From the human T2T-CHM13v2.0 reference genome, Homo sapiens, in NCBI RefSeq assembly GCF_009914755.1, contig NC_060931.1: 64,000 bases of DNA, one strand, 5' to 3'. The notes below the pieces were generated by a model. It was not told the origin of the DNA, searched no databases, and was given only the letters and a program-made list of their open reading frames with translations. Below, piece by piece: positions 14,877 through 26,829 of the stretch (its first letter is position 1; each line of letters starts with the position of its first letter). Both the position numbers and the translations under genes were made by a program.

Positions 14877-15330
14877 TGTCAGAGGGAAGAGCTAAGGCTC
14901 AAGGCTGCTGTTCAGATTATTTTGTCCCACAGAGTATTCCCTTGGTGTAGTACTCTCCCCCTTTTCCTAAGGATGTGGCTTCCTGGGAGCTGTAGTGATT
15001 GCTAGCTCTCTTCTGGAACTAGCCACCCAGCAGGTCTACCAGGCTCCAGGGGCTGGCACTGGGAGTTGTGTGCACAGAGTACTGTGATGTGAACTGTCTG
15101 CAGGTCTCTCAGCCGTGGATATCAGCACAGTATTTGGGGTGTCTCCCAGGTCCTGCAGGAGTAATCCACTTCCTTCAGAGAGTTTGTGGGTCCTCTCAGC
15201 CTTCCTGGTTTATTCCTGCAGTAGTTCTGGAGCAAAAAACCACGATGCGAGTCTCCACACACTGCTCTGTCCATCCATGTGGGAGCTGCAATCTAGTCCC
15301 GCTTCCCATCCGCCATGATCCCTCTTCTCT
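14877..15330 (-). mobile_element. L1PBa-like 5'UTR fragment (5' end only)
   Basis: Minus strand begins GGGATCATGGCGGATGGGAAGCGGGACTAGATTGCAGCTCCCAC, matching the recalled L1PBa 5' end; flanked by TGCTGC(G/A)GACT(T/C)TA repeats. Confidence 0.75.
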
Positions 15331-15399
15331 CTTGCTGCAGACTCTAAATAGAGTCCTACTCCCAGTATGGGGGAATGTAAAGTGAGGCATCCACAGAGC

Positions 15400-16346
15400 T
15401 TCTCTTCTCAGCTGCAGGCTCTTCCAGCCTGATGCCTGCTTGAGACTTCCGACCTAAACAAAGCTCTCACCCTCCCCACACACAAACAACCAGTTCCTCC
15501 TCCCATGTTCCCCATTTCAGTAAGTAAAATCCACTATCCATTCAGCCTCAAACCAAAAGCCAAAGTGATGGTTACGATTCTTCCCTCGACTTCCCCTCCA
15601 TGTCTAATCCATCAGTAAGACTGTCTGCTCTACCTCCAAAATATCTCCCAAACCCAGACGCCTCGCTCCATCTCCTAGTCTAAGCCACCATCATCTCACA
15701 TTAGGAATGGAAATATCCTCCCAACTGGGCTCTGATTTCCAGCTTGTCCTTTTATAATCTATTCTCTACACAGCAGCCAGAGAAGCCTCTCAAAAACATA
15801 AATTAAATCATGGCACTCTCCTCTAATGACTTTGCATTGCATGGTGGACGTAAAATCTGAACTTCTCGTCTTGACCCCAAGGCGGCTACATAGTCTGGCC
15901 CCCCGACCTCCCTGCTCTCATTTCTTGTCTTTCCTGCCCTTGCTGACTCTGCTCCAGCCACGCTATTTTCCTTTCAGCTCTCTGAATCAACCAAACTTGT
16001 CCTGACTCAGGACATTTGCACTTGCTGTTTCCTTTGCCTGGGCTTGCCAAAAGTTCTGGCTTCTTTGTATCATTTAAATGTCAGCCAAAGATCACCTCCT
16101 CAGAGAGGCTTTTCCTCCCCATCATGCCCTGCCACAGCTCCCTTTTCATTGACTTCATCACACTTGGCACCCTTTAGACCTCCTTGCTTGCTTATCCATC
16201 TCCCCGCATTCCCCACCCTCCAATAAACATCCTCGGGAATGGAGGCTCCATGCAAGCGAGGATCTGGTCTGTCTTGTTCATTATTACATCTCAGTTTATA
16301 TTAAGCACACAGAACATGCTTAATTAATATTTATCGAATGAATGAA
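15400..16346 (+). mobile_element. L2 3' region
   Basis: Pyrimidine-rich L2 phrases (CTACACAGCAGCCAGAG; CATTTGCACTTGCTGTTTCCTTTGCCTGG) ending AATATTTATCGAATGAATGAA. Confidence 0.8.
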
Positions 16347-16499
16347 AACCCAAGATAGAAGGTTTGGGGGAGAAATCCTTCTCAGCCCCTTTCAAATTAT
16401 ACCTATCACTGCAGCCAGTTCCCTCAATGGGCAAGGCCAGCCAGTCCTATGTAAAAGAAAGATATAAATGATAGCTTCCAATTACAGATAGCTTTAGAA

Positions 16500-17690
16500 A
16501 CTACAAAGAAAGAAAATACCCTAGACACAGTTCCAAGTAACAGACAGGAAAGCCTGCAGGAAGTTCAGTATGAAAGGAACATTGGAGTCACCATTCAGGA
16601 TAGAAAAAGAAAGGGAAAAAAACCACCAGGCCCTCACTCCATTTGAGAGAAATATCAAGAATATCCAAGTACTTCTTTAGATACTCCAAAAGAAGGAGTT
16701 TGAAAAAGAATCGTCAGAAAATTTTGAGCTTATATTAACATTACTTATTAAAAGATCTGAAAAGAGAGTTGTGCAGATCATCAGACCCAAACTCCTGAAT
16801 GCAAAGACCAGTCATGACTCATTTGACTAAAGAGTTATATTAGGCTGCTAAGACCAGGGAGCAGACAGCTTAACAATTGAAATTCATCCCAAGGAAGCAA
16901 GGGGAAGTGTGCTCCTTCAAGGGCAAAGGAGAATTGAAGAAGATGCAAACTAATCCTTTAAATGCATCAAAGACATCTAACAGCTGAGATATGCATCGAT
17001 GCCATTTGATCATCACAATGTAAAAAAATTGCCCAGGGTAACATAAAGGAGAGTGGATTCTGAATTTTCTGCTTTGATCTTAAGAAGAAAGTGGAACAGT
17101 CCTATATCCAAATAGGCGGATGTAAACAACTCCAACAATGATCACCATGACAAAGGACAAAGGTCATTTGTCCAGAGAAGACTGGAGCAGCCACACTACC
17201 ATTCCCTTCTGCATGGTGCTGTACATGAAAACAGTTGAGACCCTTGAATGCTTATGAAAGAGCCCACTGGGGGCAGGCGCGGTGGCTCACGCCTGTAATC
17301 CCAGCACTCTGGGAGGCCGAGGCAAGGGGATCGTGACTAGCCTGGCCAACGTGGGGAAACTCCGTCTCTACTAAAAATACATTAGAAAGGGATGGTGCCG
17401 CACACCTGTAGTCCAAGCTACTCAGGAGGCTGACGCAGGAGAATTGCTTGAACCCGGGAGGCAGAGGTTGCAGTGAGCCGAGATTACGCCACTGCACTCC
17501 AGCCTGGGCTACAGAGCAAGACTCCATCTCAAAAAAAAAAGAAAAGAAAAAGAAAGGGCCCATTGGGCCAATCACACTAAGGCTTCTGTGATTCTCTGGA
17601 ATAAATAGATTTGTTAACAACCCCAAGCCAGCTATGAAGGTCATTTCAACTTTAAAGGATATGAAACAAGATTCTCCACCAAAGGCTATT
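16500..17690 (+). mobile_element. Possible very old non-LTR retroelement RT fossil (RTE/L4-like), interrupted by an Alu
   Basis: Degenerate motifs in the expected order: KPPGPHSI (~16620), KQG (~16895), LRYA-D-like (~16984). Confidence 0.35.
17271..17551 (+). mobile_element. AluS with small left-arm deletion
   Basis: TSD GAAAG(A/G)GCCCA(C/T)TGG at 17256 and 17552. Confidence 0.9.
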
Positions 17691-18197
17691 AAAAGTTATA
17701 GACACAGAAGTGGTTCTGAGTCAGGATACAGAGTATGGATATGGCTAAGAACATCTCTGGGCTCAGAGTTCGTAGGCACCATGGAACAAGTAGGGACTTT
17801 GAGGCCAGTTCTGGGCCAAATTCCAGTTCTGCCACTTATTAACTGCGTGGCTTTGGCAAGTTCCTTAAGATCATTATACCTCCAATTACTCCTCTCTAAA
17901 ATGGTGATAGTCATACTGACATCGTGGGGTAGAGTGAGGATTCAAGGAAGTCATGTATATATATATTTTTGTAAGTGTGATAAAGTCTAGTACCTGGCAG
18001 GGGTTCAGTAAAAAGTAGTTTGCTTCTCCCTTCATGGGGATCAGAGCTGGACTCATCTTTAAAGGGCCTGAAAGAGGCCAATGACAGAAGGTTTTCTGGC
18101 TCCCCGCATGCCAAGCTCACATATAAACTGTAAAATGATTTCAGAGGGTCATGGAAGAGGAAGAAACGAATCAGATCATGTCTAAAGAAGACAGGTG

Positions 18198-18345
18198 ACT
18201 TGGGGGGCTGAAGCATGAGAATCTTTTGAACCCTAGAGGCAGAGGTTGCAGTGAGCTGAGATCACGCCACTGCACTCCAGCTTGGGCAACAGAGCAAGAC
18301 TCTGTCTCAAAAAAATTAAATAAATAAAACAAAATAAATAATAAT
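18198..18345 (+). mobile_element. 5'-truncated Alu (right arm only)
   Basis: Right-arm sequence plus A-rich tail; flanks AAAGAAGACAGGTG / AAAGAAGGTAGGTG. Confidence 0.85.
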
Positions 18346-18469
18346 AAAGAAGGTAGGTGGAGAGTTCATGCCAGGAGGACTCCCCAGGGTGCCTGGCTAC
18401 CTGCTGAGTTCAGCCCTGCTCTGGGAGGCAATGAACAGCCCATGTCAGGGTTACAGTTCTGGCCCAAAG

Positions 18470-18650
18470 TAATCCTAATAACATCTCTCATTATATAGTG
18501 CTTTCTCTATGCTGCTCAGGATTCTTAGCACTTACCATATATTATCTCATTTAATCCTCACAACAATCCTACCAGATGCAAACTATTTTTATCTCTACTT
18601 TACAGATAAAGAAACTGAGTCACAGATAGGATAAGTGACTTGTGCCTGCA
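18470..18650 (-). mobile_element. MIR
   Basis: Core TCTCATTTAATCCTCACAACAATCC ... TTTTACAGATAAAGAAACTGAG. Confidence 0.75.
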
Positions 18651-18779
18651 TCTACTCTGTTCCCAGTCTCTGTTGTGAGTCTCATTCTCTCACCTGTACT
18701 CACTGCTTGCTTTCTGGAATCCAGTTGAATAATTAGTATTTCCGGAGAGCCCCCATGGCTTTAAAACACTTGTCCAAGT

Positions 18780-19265
18780 TAGCAATATCCTTCAAAATTT
18801 AAATTGCACATACATTTGACCCAGCAATTTCTTTCCTAGGAATATATAGAAATAATCACTCAAGTATATAAAAATATTGTAGCACAACACTGTTTGTTGC
18901 AGCCTTGTTTCCAGTGCTAAAAAATTGGAGACAAGAGGGAGCCATTGTGGCTCCGGCTGGTTGCGCTGGCACTCAGGGTAGGCGAGGCTACGAGTTCGAG
19001 GCCAACCTGGTCCACATTGGTTGAAAAAAAAAAATTAAAAAAAAAAAATTGGAGACAAACTCAAATAGCTACCACCATGAAATTGGTTAAATAATTTATG
19101 GGGCACCCATGCAAATTAGGGTCCTATGGAGGCATGGAAATAATGTGTAGCTCTCTATGCACTGACCTGGAAAGACGTCACAATGTATGAAATGAAAGAA
19201 GAAAAAGATTGAATGACCTTGTTTTTGTAAGAAATAAATAATAATCATATTACATGTTATTAGTC
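18780..19265 (+). mobile_element. Old L1 (L1ME-like) 3' fragment hosting the snaR-like insertion
   Basis: TTTGACCCAGCAATTTCTTTCCTAGGAATATAT ... GCAGCCTTGTTT ... TTGGTTAAATAATTTATGG. Confidence 0.7.
18935..19042 (+). ncRNA. Retrocopy of a snaR-family / CAS-type (Alu-left-monomer-derived) Pol III small RNA
   Basis: GGAGCCATTGTGGCTC...GGTTGCGC...ACGAGTTCGAGGCCAACCTGGTCCACAT matches the recalled 5' and 3' blocks of snaR but lacks the central expansion; A tail 19024-19042; perfect 16-bp TSD AAAAAATTGGAGACAA at 18919-18934 and 19043-19058. Confidence 0.85.
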
Positions 19266-19316
19266 TGAGAGAAAAAAGTCTGTGTATAACCAAGCTAGTC
19301 CTAGTCATTATTATTT

Positions 19317-19611
<295 letters not shown>

Positions 19612-19694
19612 CCCTACTCATTATCTTTAGAAATTTTTCTTTCATTTCATATTCCTTTTATACTTTGTTTTTTTACAAGCACATATTAATTTAA

Positions 19695-19985
<291 letters not shown>

Positions 19986-20309
19986 CACATATTAATTTTA
20001 AATCAGAAAAAAATAAAGATATGTATCTTTACTCTGGTCTATACTTTGTCTCATTTGGTCCTGTGATTACCCTGGGAGGTATGTAAAACAGGAGAAGAAA
20101 CTGAGGCTCAAAGGAGGTCAAATGACTTGCCCAAGGTCACCCTGCTGTCAAAGACCACGTCGGTAACAGAGTCCAATCCATCTGACCCGCAGTTAGTGCT
20201 GCAGAACACTAAGTCCCTGAATTAAACTTTTAACAGTAGCATTAGCCCACCCTTATTCAAAGTCATGATGCATCTTTACCTGACAAACTGTATGAGTTCT
20301 GTGGTTAGA

Positions 20310-20640
20310 CCTCAAGAAAGATGCAAAAGGCATGGAAAAGATTCAGGGAGAAGAAACCGCAACAGTCTAAACAGGTGGTGCGATTTCTATACATGGGACA
20401 GAGAGAGAGGGCTTGGATTTTAAAGTTGAGAGTATTTAAGACTAAAGTTTACTCTTTAATCTCAAAACCATAGAAGAAACAGATGCATGGAACAGAGATC
20501 TGTTCTTTAAGTTCCAGGACTCTAAAATGAGAAGACATTATTTAAAGTTTGAAAATACTAGCTTTGGGTACATATAAGATATTATCAGTAGAAAGTATTA
20601 GACCAAAGCTGACACAAGGTGAAAATATAAATAATTGACA
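20310..20640 (+). mobile_element. Possible L3/CR1 3' relic
   Basis: GGAAAAGATTCAGGGAGAAGAAACC ... AAATGAGAAGACATTATTTAAAGTTTGAAAA resembles the CR1 ORF2 end. Confidence 0.4.
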
Positions 20641-21499
20641 TTTATATCACTTCATAAATAATAAGTCGATAACTGTGTAATCTGGGAGCCCAGGGCCAGG
20701 CTTGACCTGACACAAAACACCCCTCAGAGTCACTGCAGGGACAGAATTTCAGGCTGTGGGCCACCAGCATGACTCAGTGCCACATTTATGATTAACTTTA
20801 TCTTCCTTTTCCATTCCTTGAGAGCAGTAAGATTTCTAATATTTTAAATCATGTGCTTTGGGTTTAGCTTTCTTTTTTCAAAGTAGATCATTTTCAGCTA
20901 TTTGAATTTGCTTTTGTATTGTTGCTGAAGACAACACCTTATTGAACCCATTATTATTGTACATTATTGTACCCAGACCCTCTCCTATTTGGTATTCAGC
21001 AAATCTTGTGACCTTCAGTTATTCTTCTCTTGGATATTTTTGTTTATTATATGTATTGTATTTTCAAAAATTACTCTCAATATTGAATGTATTAGAGTTA
21101 ACAATATCATTATCCTAAAGATTCAGGCTACTCTCCATTTTATACCCAGCTCTTGTTTATTTAAACATAATCTAGTCTTTGTCAAATCTATGTATCCCCA
21201 AATCTATGTCTGAAATTTTCATCTACTAAATCATTATATCATTTACTAATAAGTTATATACTAGAATATAATTATATTAGTGTAATATAATAGGTGATAT
21301 TAGTAAACTACCTTGAGATACAGAGATATAATTGGTGAGGTCATGAAGAAGGCACAAGCATGTCACTAATCTCTCTCCCCACGACCCTTCAGAATGTTCT
21401 TTCTGTCTTCCTCAGCATATACAAATGAAGCAAAAGACTGTGCACTTTAAGATTTATTTTCTTTTTCACTCTGATTCTTTCCAAATTCTCCACATGCAA

Positions 21500-24065
21500 T
21501 TTTGACAAATGCACAAACTACTTGTACAGAGCGGTTTTGCTGCCCTACACATGCCCGGTGCTCCACCCATTCATCCCTCTCCCCCCACCCCTAGCAACCA
21601 CTGATCTTTTACTGTTCTATAGTTGTGCCTTTTCCTGATGCCATACAGTTGGACTCATACAGTACATAGCCTCTTCAGATTGGCTTCTTTCACTTAGCAA
21701 TATCCATTTAAGGCTTTTCCATGTATTTTTATGGTTTGATAGCTCATTCTCTTTTTTTCTGTTCTTTTTTTATTAACTTTTTTCCTTTTATTTTTAGTTG
21801 ACACATGTATTTGTATGTATTTATGGGATACAAAGTGATACTCCAATACATGTATACAATGTGTAATGATCAAATCCAGGTAATTCACATATACATCACC
21901 TCAAATATGTATCATTTATTTGTGTTGGGAACATTCAAAACCTTCTCTGCCAGTGTTTTGAAAATATACAATAAATTACTGTTAGCTATATTCATCCTAC
22001 AGGGCTATAGAATGCTAGAACTTATTTCTCCTATCTAGCTGTAATTTTGTATTCATTAACCAACCTCTCCCTATCCTCCCCTCCCCACTACCTGTTCCAA
22101 CCTCTAATAATCACAATTCTACTCTACTTCCATGAGCTCAACTTTTTTAGCTCCCATATATAAGTGAGAACATGCATTATTTATATTTCTGTGCCTGACT
22201 TATTTCACTTAACATAATGTCCTCCAGGTTTATCCATGTTGCCTCAAATGACAGGATTTTATTCATGTTTATGGCTAAATAGTATTCCATTGTGTATATA
22301 TACCACATTCTCCCTACTTATTCATCTGCTGATAGACATTTAGGTCGATTCCGTATCTTGGCTATTACGAATAGTTGTACTATAAACATGGGGTGTAGAT
22401 ATCTCTTTGGTGTACTGATTTCCTTTCCTTTGGATAAATTCCCAGCAATGGGATTACTGAATCATATGGTAGTTCTATTTTCAATTTTTTGAGAAATCTC
22501 CATACTGTTTTCCATAATAGCTGTACTAATTTACATTCCCACCAACAGTGTATAAAAGTTCCCTTTTCTCTGCATCCTCACCAGCATTTGTTATTTTTGT
22601 CTTTTTCATAGTAGCCATTCTAACTGGGGTGAAATGACATCTCATTGTGGTTTTGGTTTGCATTTCCCTAATGATTAGTGATGTTGAGCAAGTTTTTCAC
22701 ACACTAGTTGGCCATTTGTAAGTCTTTTGCAAAATGTCTGTTCAGATCCTTTGCCCACTTTTTAAAGTGAATTATTTGGTTTTTTTTTCCTGTTGAGTTG
22801 TTTCATTTCCTTATATATTCTGGATATTAGTGCCTTGTGAGCTTAATAGTTTGCAAATATTTTCTCCCACTCTACAGGTTTGTTTCTTCTTTCTATCAAT
22901 TGTTTCCTATGCTGTAAGGAAGCTTTTTAGCTTGACATAATCCCATTTGTCTATATTCGTTTTTGTTGCCTGTGCTTATGAAGTGTCACCCATAAAATCT
23001 TTGCTTAGATCAATGTCCTGAAACATTTCCCCCATGTTTTCTTCTAGTCATTTTATAGTTTTAGGTCTTACATTTACGTCTTTAATCCATTTTGAATTGA
23101 TTTTTGTACATGGTGACAGATAGGGGTCTCGTTTCATTCTTCTGCATATAGATATATAGTTTTCCCAGCACCATTTATTGAAGAGGATTTTCTTTCCCCC
23201 AGTGTATGCTCTTGACTCCTTTGTCAAAAATCTGTGATCTGTAAATAGATGCATTTATTTCTAGATTCTCTATTCTGTTCTACTGCTCTATCTGCCTGCT
23301 TTTATGCCAATACCATGCTATTTTGGTTACTATAGCTTTGTAGTATATTTTTGAAGACAAGCAGTGTGATGCTTCCAGCTTTCTTTTTGCTCAGATTGCT
23401 TTGGCTATTTGGGATCTTTTGTGGTTCCATATAAATTTTAGAATTTTTTTTTCCATTTCTATGAAAAAATGTCATTGGTATTGGTATTTTGATAGGGATT
23501 ACATTAAATCTGTATATTGCTTTGAGTAGTAGGGCCATTTTAACAATATTATTTATTTTAATCCACAAGCATGAGATATCTTTTCATTTTTGGTGCCCTC
23601 TTTGATTTCTTTCATCAGTGCTTTTTAGTTTTCATCATAGAGAAGATCTTTTACCTCCTTAGTAGCTCATTTCTTTTTAGCACTGACTAATATTCCATTG
23701 TCTGAATGTACTCAATGGGATAGGGAAAGAGATGAATAGGTGAAGCACAGAGGATTTTTAGGGTATGAAACTATTCTGTAGGATACAAGAATTATGCTTT
23801 TGTAAAAACCTGTAGAATTGTTCAACACAAAGAGCAAAACTTTATGTAAACTATGGATTTTAATTAATAATAATGTGTTAATAGTTAATATTGGTTCATC
23901 AATTTTAACAAATGTACCACACTAATGTGAGATGTTAATAACAGGGGAAACTAGTGGATAGTGGGGCTTCATGGGATCTGTCTGTACTATCTGCTCAATT
24001 TTTTCTTGAATCTAAATCTGTCCTAAAAAATAAAGTCTATTAATTTAAAAAAAAAAAACAAAAAA
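21500..24065. mobile_element. L1MC-like 3' sequences: minus-strand part (21500-21757 and 23663-23711) joined to a plus-strand part (23712-24065) ending in poly(A)
   Basis: Both parts carry GATGAAT(A/G)GGTG(A/G)AGCAC in opposite orientation; AATAAA and A tail near 24029-24065. Confidence 0.65.
21758..23662 (-). mobile_element. L1MA-type 5'-truncated LINE (~1.9 kb) nested in the L1MC
   Basis: ORF2 remnants ([25 protein letters not shown]; KAIYRFNVIPIKIP); TSD TAGCTCATT(C)TCTTTTT at 21740 and 23663. Confidence 0.85.
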
Positions 24066-24607
24066 CTTTCTAAGTGTTTTTCCAGCATGAAGATGCTGCT
24101 GCCAATGCTCTAAGCCCCTCCTCCAAGAGTGATGGTGAAGAATTAATGTTTCTTCTTCTAACTCTCAATGGCCTGTCCTGTGAGCAGGGAAATAGGAGTA
24201 TCTCTTTTCAGGGGTAATAAGCAACTACCTTACCTCTGGAGAGACTAGTCCTTCCCCCATCCCATGTGGTCTTGGTAGGATGGCCAGTCACATTGTCTCT
24301 TCTCATCCAAAGGATGAGCATGTAACCCAGAGAGGCCAACCACTCACCCTCCCAGAAACAAGGAAACACAGGGGCAAAAATAATAGGAATGAGTCACTCT
24401 AATGAAAGAGCCACAAAGAGAATGTTCTGTCATTCCTGCTGCCTGCTTCTACCCAAGACCTGATGATTCAACTCTATCTGCACAGGTTTTCAACATGTTT
24501 GCAAAAATTCCTTTTTTCTTGAATTAGCCAGAGACATTTGGGTATCTGACAACCAGAACTCCACTGAGACATGCAGGGAAAAAAAAATACCAAAAGCCCA
24601 GTCTTAT

Positions 24608-25017
24608 TGCTATGGTTTGAATATCCCTTCAAAAACTCATGTTGAAATTTAATTGTTAAATTTAATTTAAATTGTCATTGTAGTAGTATTGGGAGGTGGA
24701 ACCATCAAGAGGTGATTAGGCCATGAGGGATCTGCTCTCAGGAGTGGATTGATGTCATTATGGTGAGAGTGGGTTCAGTCATCATGAGAGTGGCTTTGCT
24801 ATAAAAGCAAGTTTGGCCCCCTCTTGAGCTCTCTTGCCCTTCTGCCTTCCACTATGGAATGTCACAGCAATAAGAGCCTCAGCAGATGCCAAGCAGATTA
24901 TGGCACCATGTCCTTGGACTTCCCAGCCTCCAGAGCTGTGAGCCAAATACATTTCTTTTCTTTATAAATTATCTACCTTGTAGTATTCTGTTATAGCAAC
25001 ACAACTGGACTAAGACA
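24608..25017 (+). mobile_element. MST-family solo LTR (ERVL-MaLR)
   Basis: TGCTATGGTTTGAAT ... CTTGGACTTCCCAGCCTCCAGAGCTGTGAG ... GGACTAAGACA. Confidence 0.85.
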
Positions 25018-25334
25018 GTCATTTATAATAATTTCTACCTAAGTAAAATGGTTAAAATTATCTAAAAGAGAAAACAAGGGATGAGGAAACAGCATATTGC
25101 TAATGTTTAAGGAATGCTTTCTACATGCCAGACTCTGAGCTGGGCACAGGAGTGCAGAGATTAGTAAAATATAGGTTGTATTTCAGAGACACAGAATGAT
25201 CAAATGTATAGAATGTGGGCTTGGGACAGACCTGGGTTCAACCTCTCTAGTCTGCTCTTACTTCCTGTGGGCCCTTGTTCAAATCACTTAACCCTCATGC
25301 AGCTTAGTTTCATCATCTCAAAGGAATTTAAAAA

Positions 25335-25373
25335 GTCTATAGCCATACCACCCTGAATGCACCTGATCTCATC
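25335..25373 (+). pseudogene. 5S rRNA pseudogene fragment (first 39 nt), inside a MIR
   Basis: GTCTATAGCCATACCACCCTGAATGCACCTGATCTCATC versus 5S GTCTACGGCCATACCACCCTGAACGCGCCCGATCTCGTC; all differences fall at CpG sites. Confidence 0.88.
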
Positions 25374-25612
25374 AGAGAAATAAAAAGAGCCTAGCTTTCA
25401 TGAATATTGCTGAAATTAAAAATAATTATGTACAGCACCACTATGGCGCCTTGTACAATGAAGACATAAAATAAACTGACTTAAGAAATGGAAAGTTACC
25501 ATGACCTTTGAAGCCTTGGGTTGCCCATTCCTAATTGCCTCTCCCCCAAATTTCTCTCCCACAAAGAGGTAATCTTTTTCGTGTCTTATTATGTTCTTTT
25601 TCTTGTATCCTA

Positions 25613-25955
<343 letters not shown>

Positions 25956-25959
25956 AAGA

Positions 25960-26790
25960 AAATATTGCTTGGGTTTGCCTGCTTTCAATCTTTAGATAAA
26001 AGGACTCATGCTTGCTTTTTCTGCCTCATGCTGTGACTTTCCTTTGTTCACTCAAAGCACTTTTGAGATTCATCCATATTGACTGTGCAGCTGTAGTTCA
26101 TTCATTTCGTTTCACTGGTGAATGGCATTGTATGGCATAAATATACCACAACTTAATTATTAATTCATTCTCATGTTGATGGTCATATCAATTGTTTCCA
26201 AATCTTTGCTGTGAACATTATTCTGCAGGTCTCCTGGTGTTTCGATGCAAGAGTTTCTCAGGATCTCTGACCGGAATTACTGTATGTGCATACATTCAAC
26301 TTTGCCTAAGTAATGACAACTTGTTTTCTGATGTGGTTGTTCTAATTTGTACTCCAAATCCCATATATGAGAGTCTGCATTGTGCCCAACACTAAATATC
26401 AGACTACATTTTTTGCCAATTCGATGGGTATAAATAGTATCTCACTGTGATTTTAACTTCCATCTCCCTGATTACTAATAAGGTTGAAAATCATCTTATA
26501 TGTCTATTGGCCATTCATGCTTTTGGAGAATTCCTATTTGTGTCCCGTAACTAATTTTCTATTGGGTCATTTGTCTTTTTCGGCTCTATTCTAAGGCATA
26601 CTCTGTGTATTCTGGAAACTAACCTTTTGTCAGCTATACATGTGCAAGTACCTTTTCCCAATTTGGGGCCCGTCTTTTCAATCTCTTTATGGAATCTTTT
26701 GATGAACATAAGTTCTTAAAGTCAGTGGAGTAAAATATATTCATCTTTTCCTTTATGACATAATTTTTTAAAGAAAATATTTTTCAATTC
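25960..26790 (-). mobile_element. L1ME-like relic
   Basis: TTTTGAGATTCATCCATATTG; ATTTTAACTTCCATCTCCCTGATTACTAATAAGGTTGA. Confidence 0.7.
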
Positions 26791-26829
26791 ACTTCTGATG
26801 CATCTCTCTTAATTGTTAAGCAATTTTTT

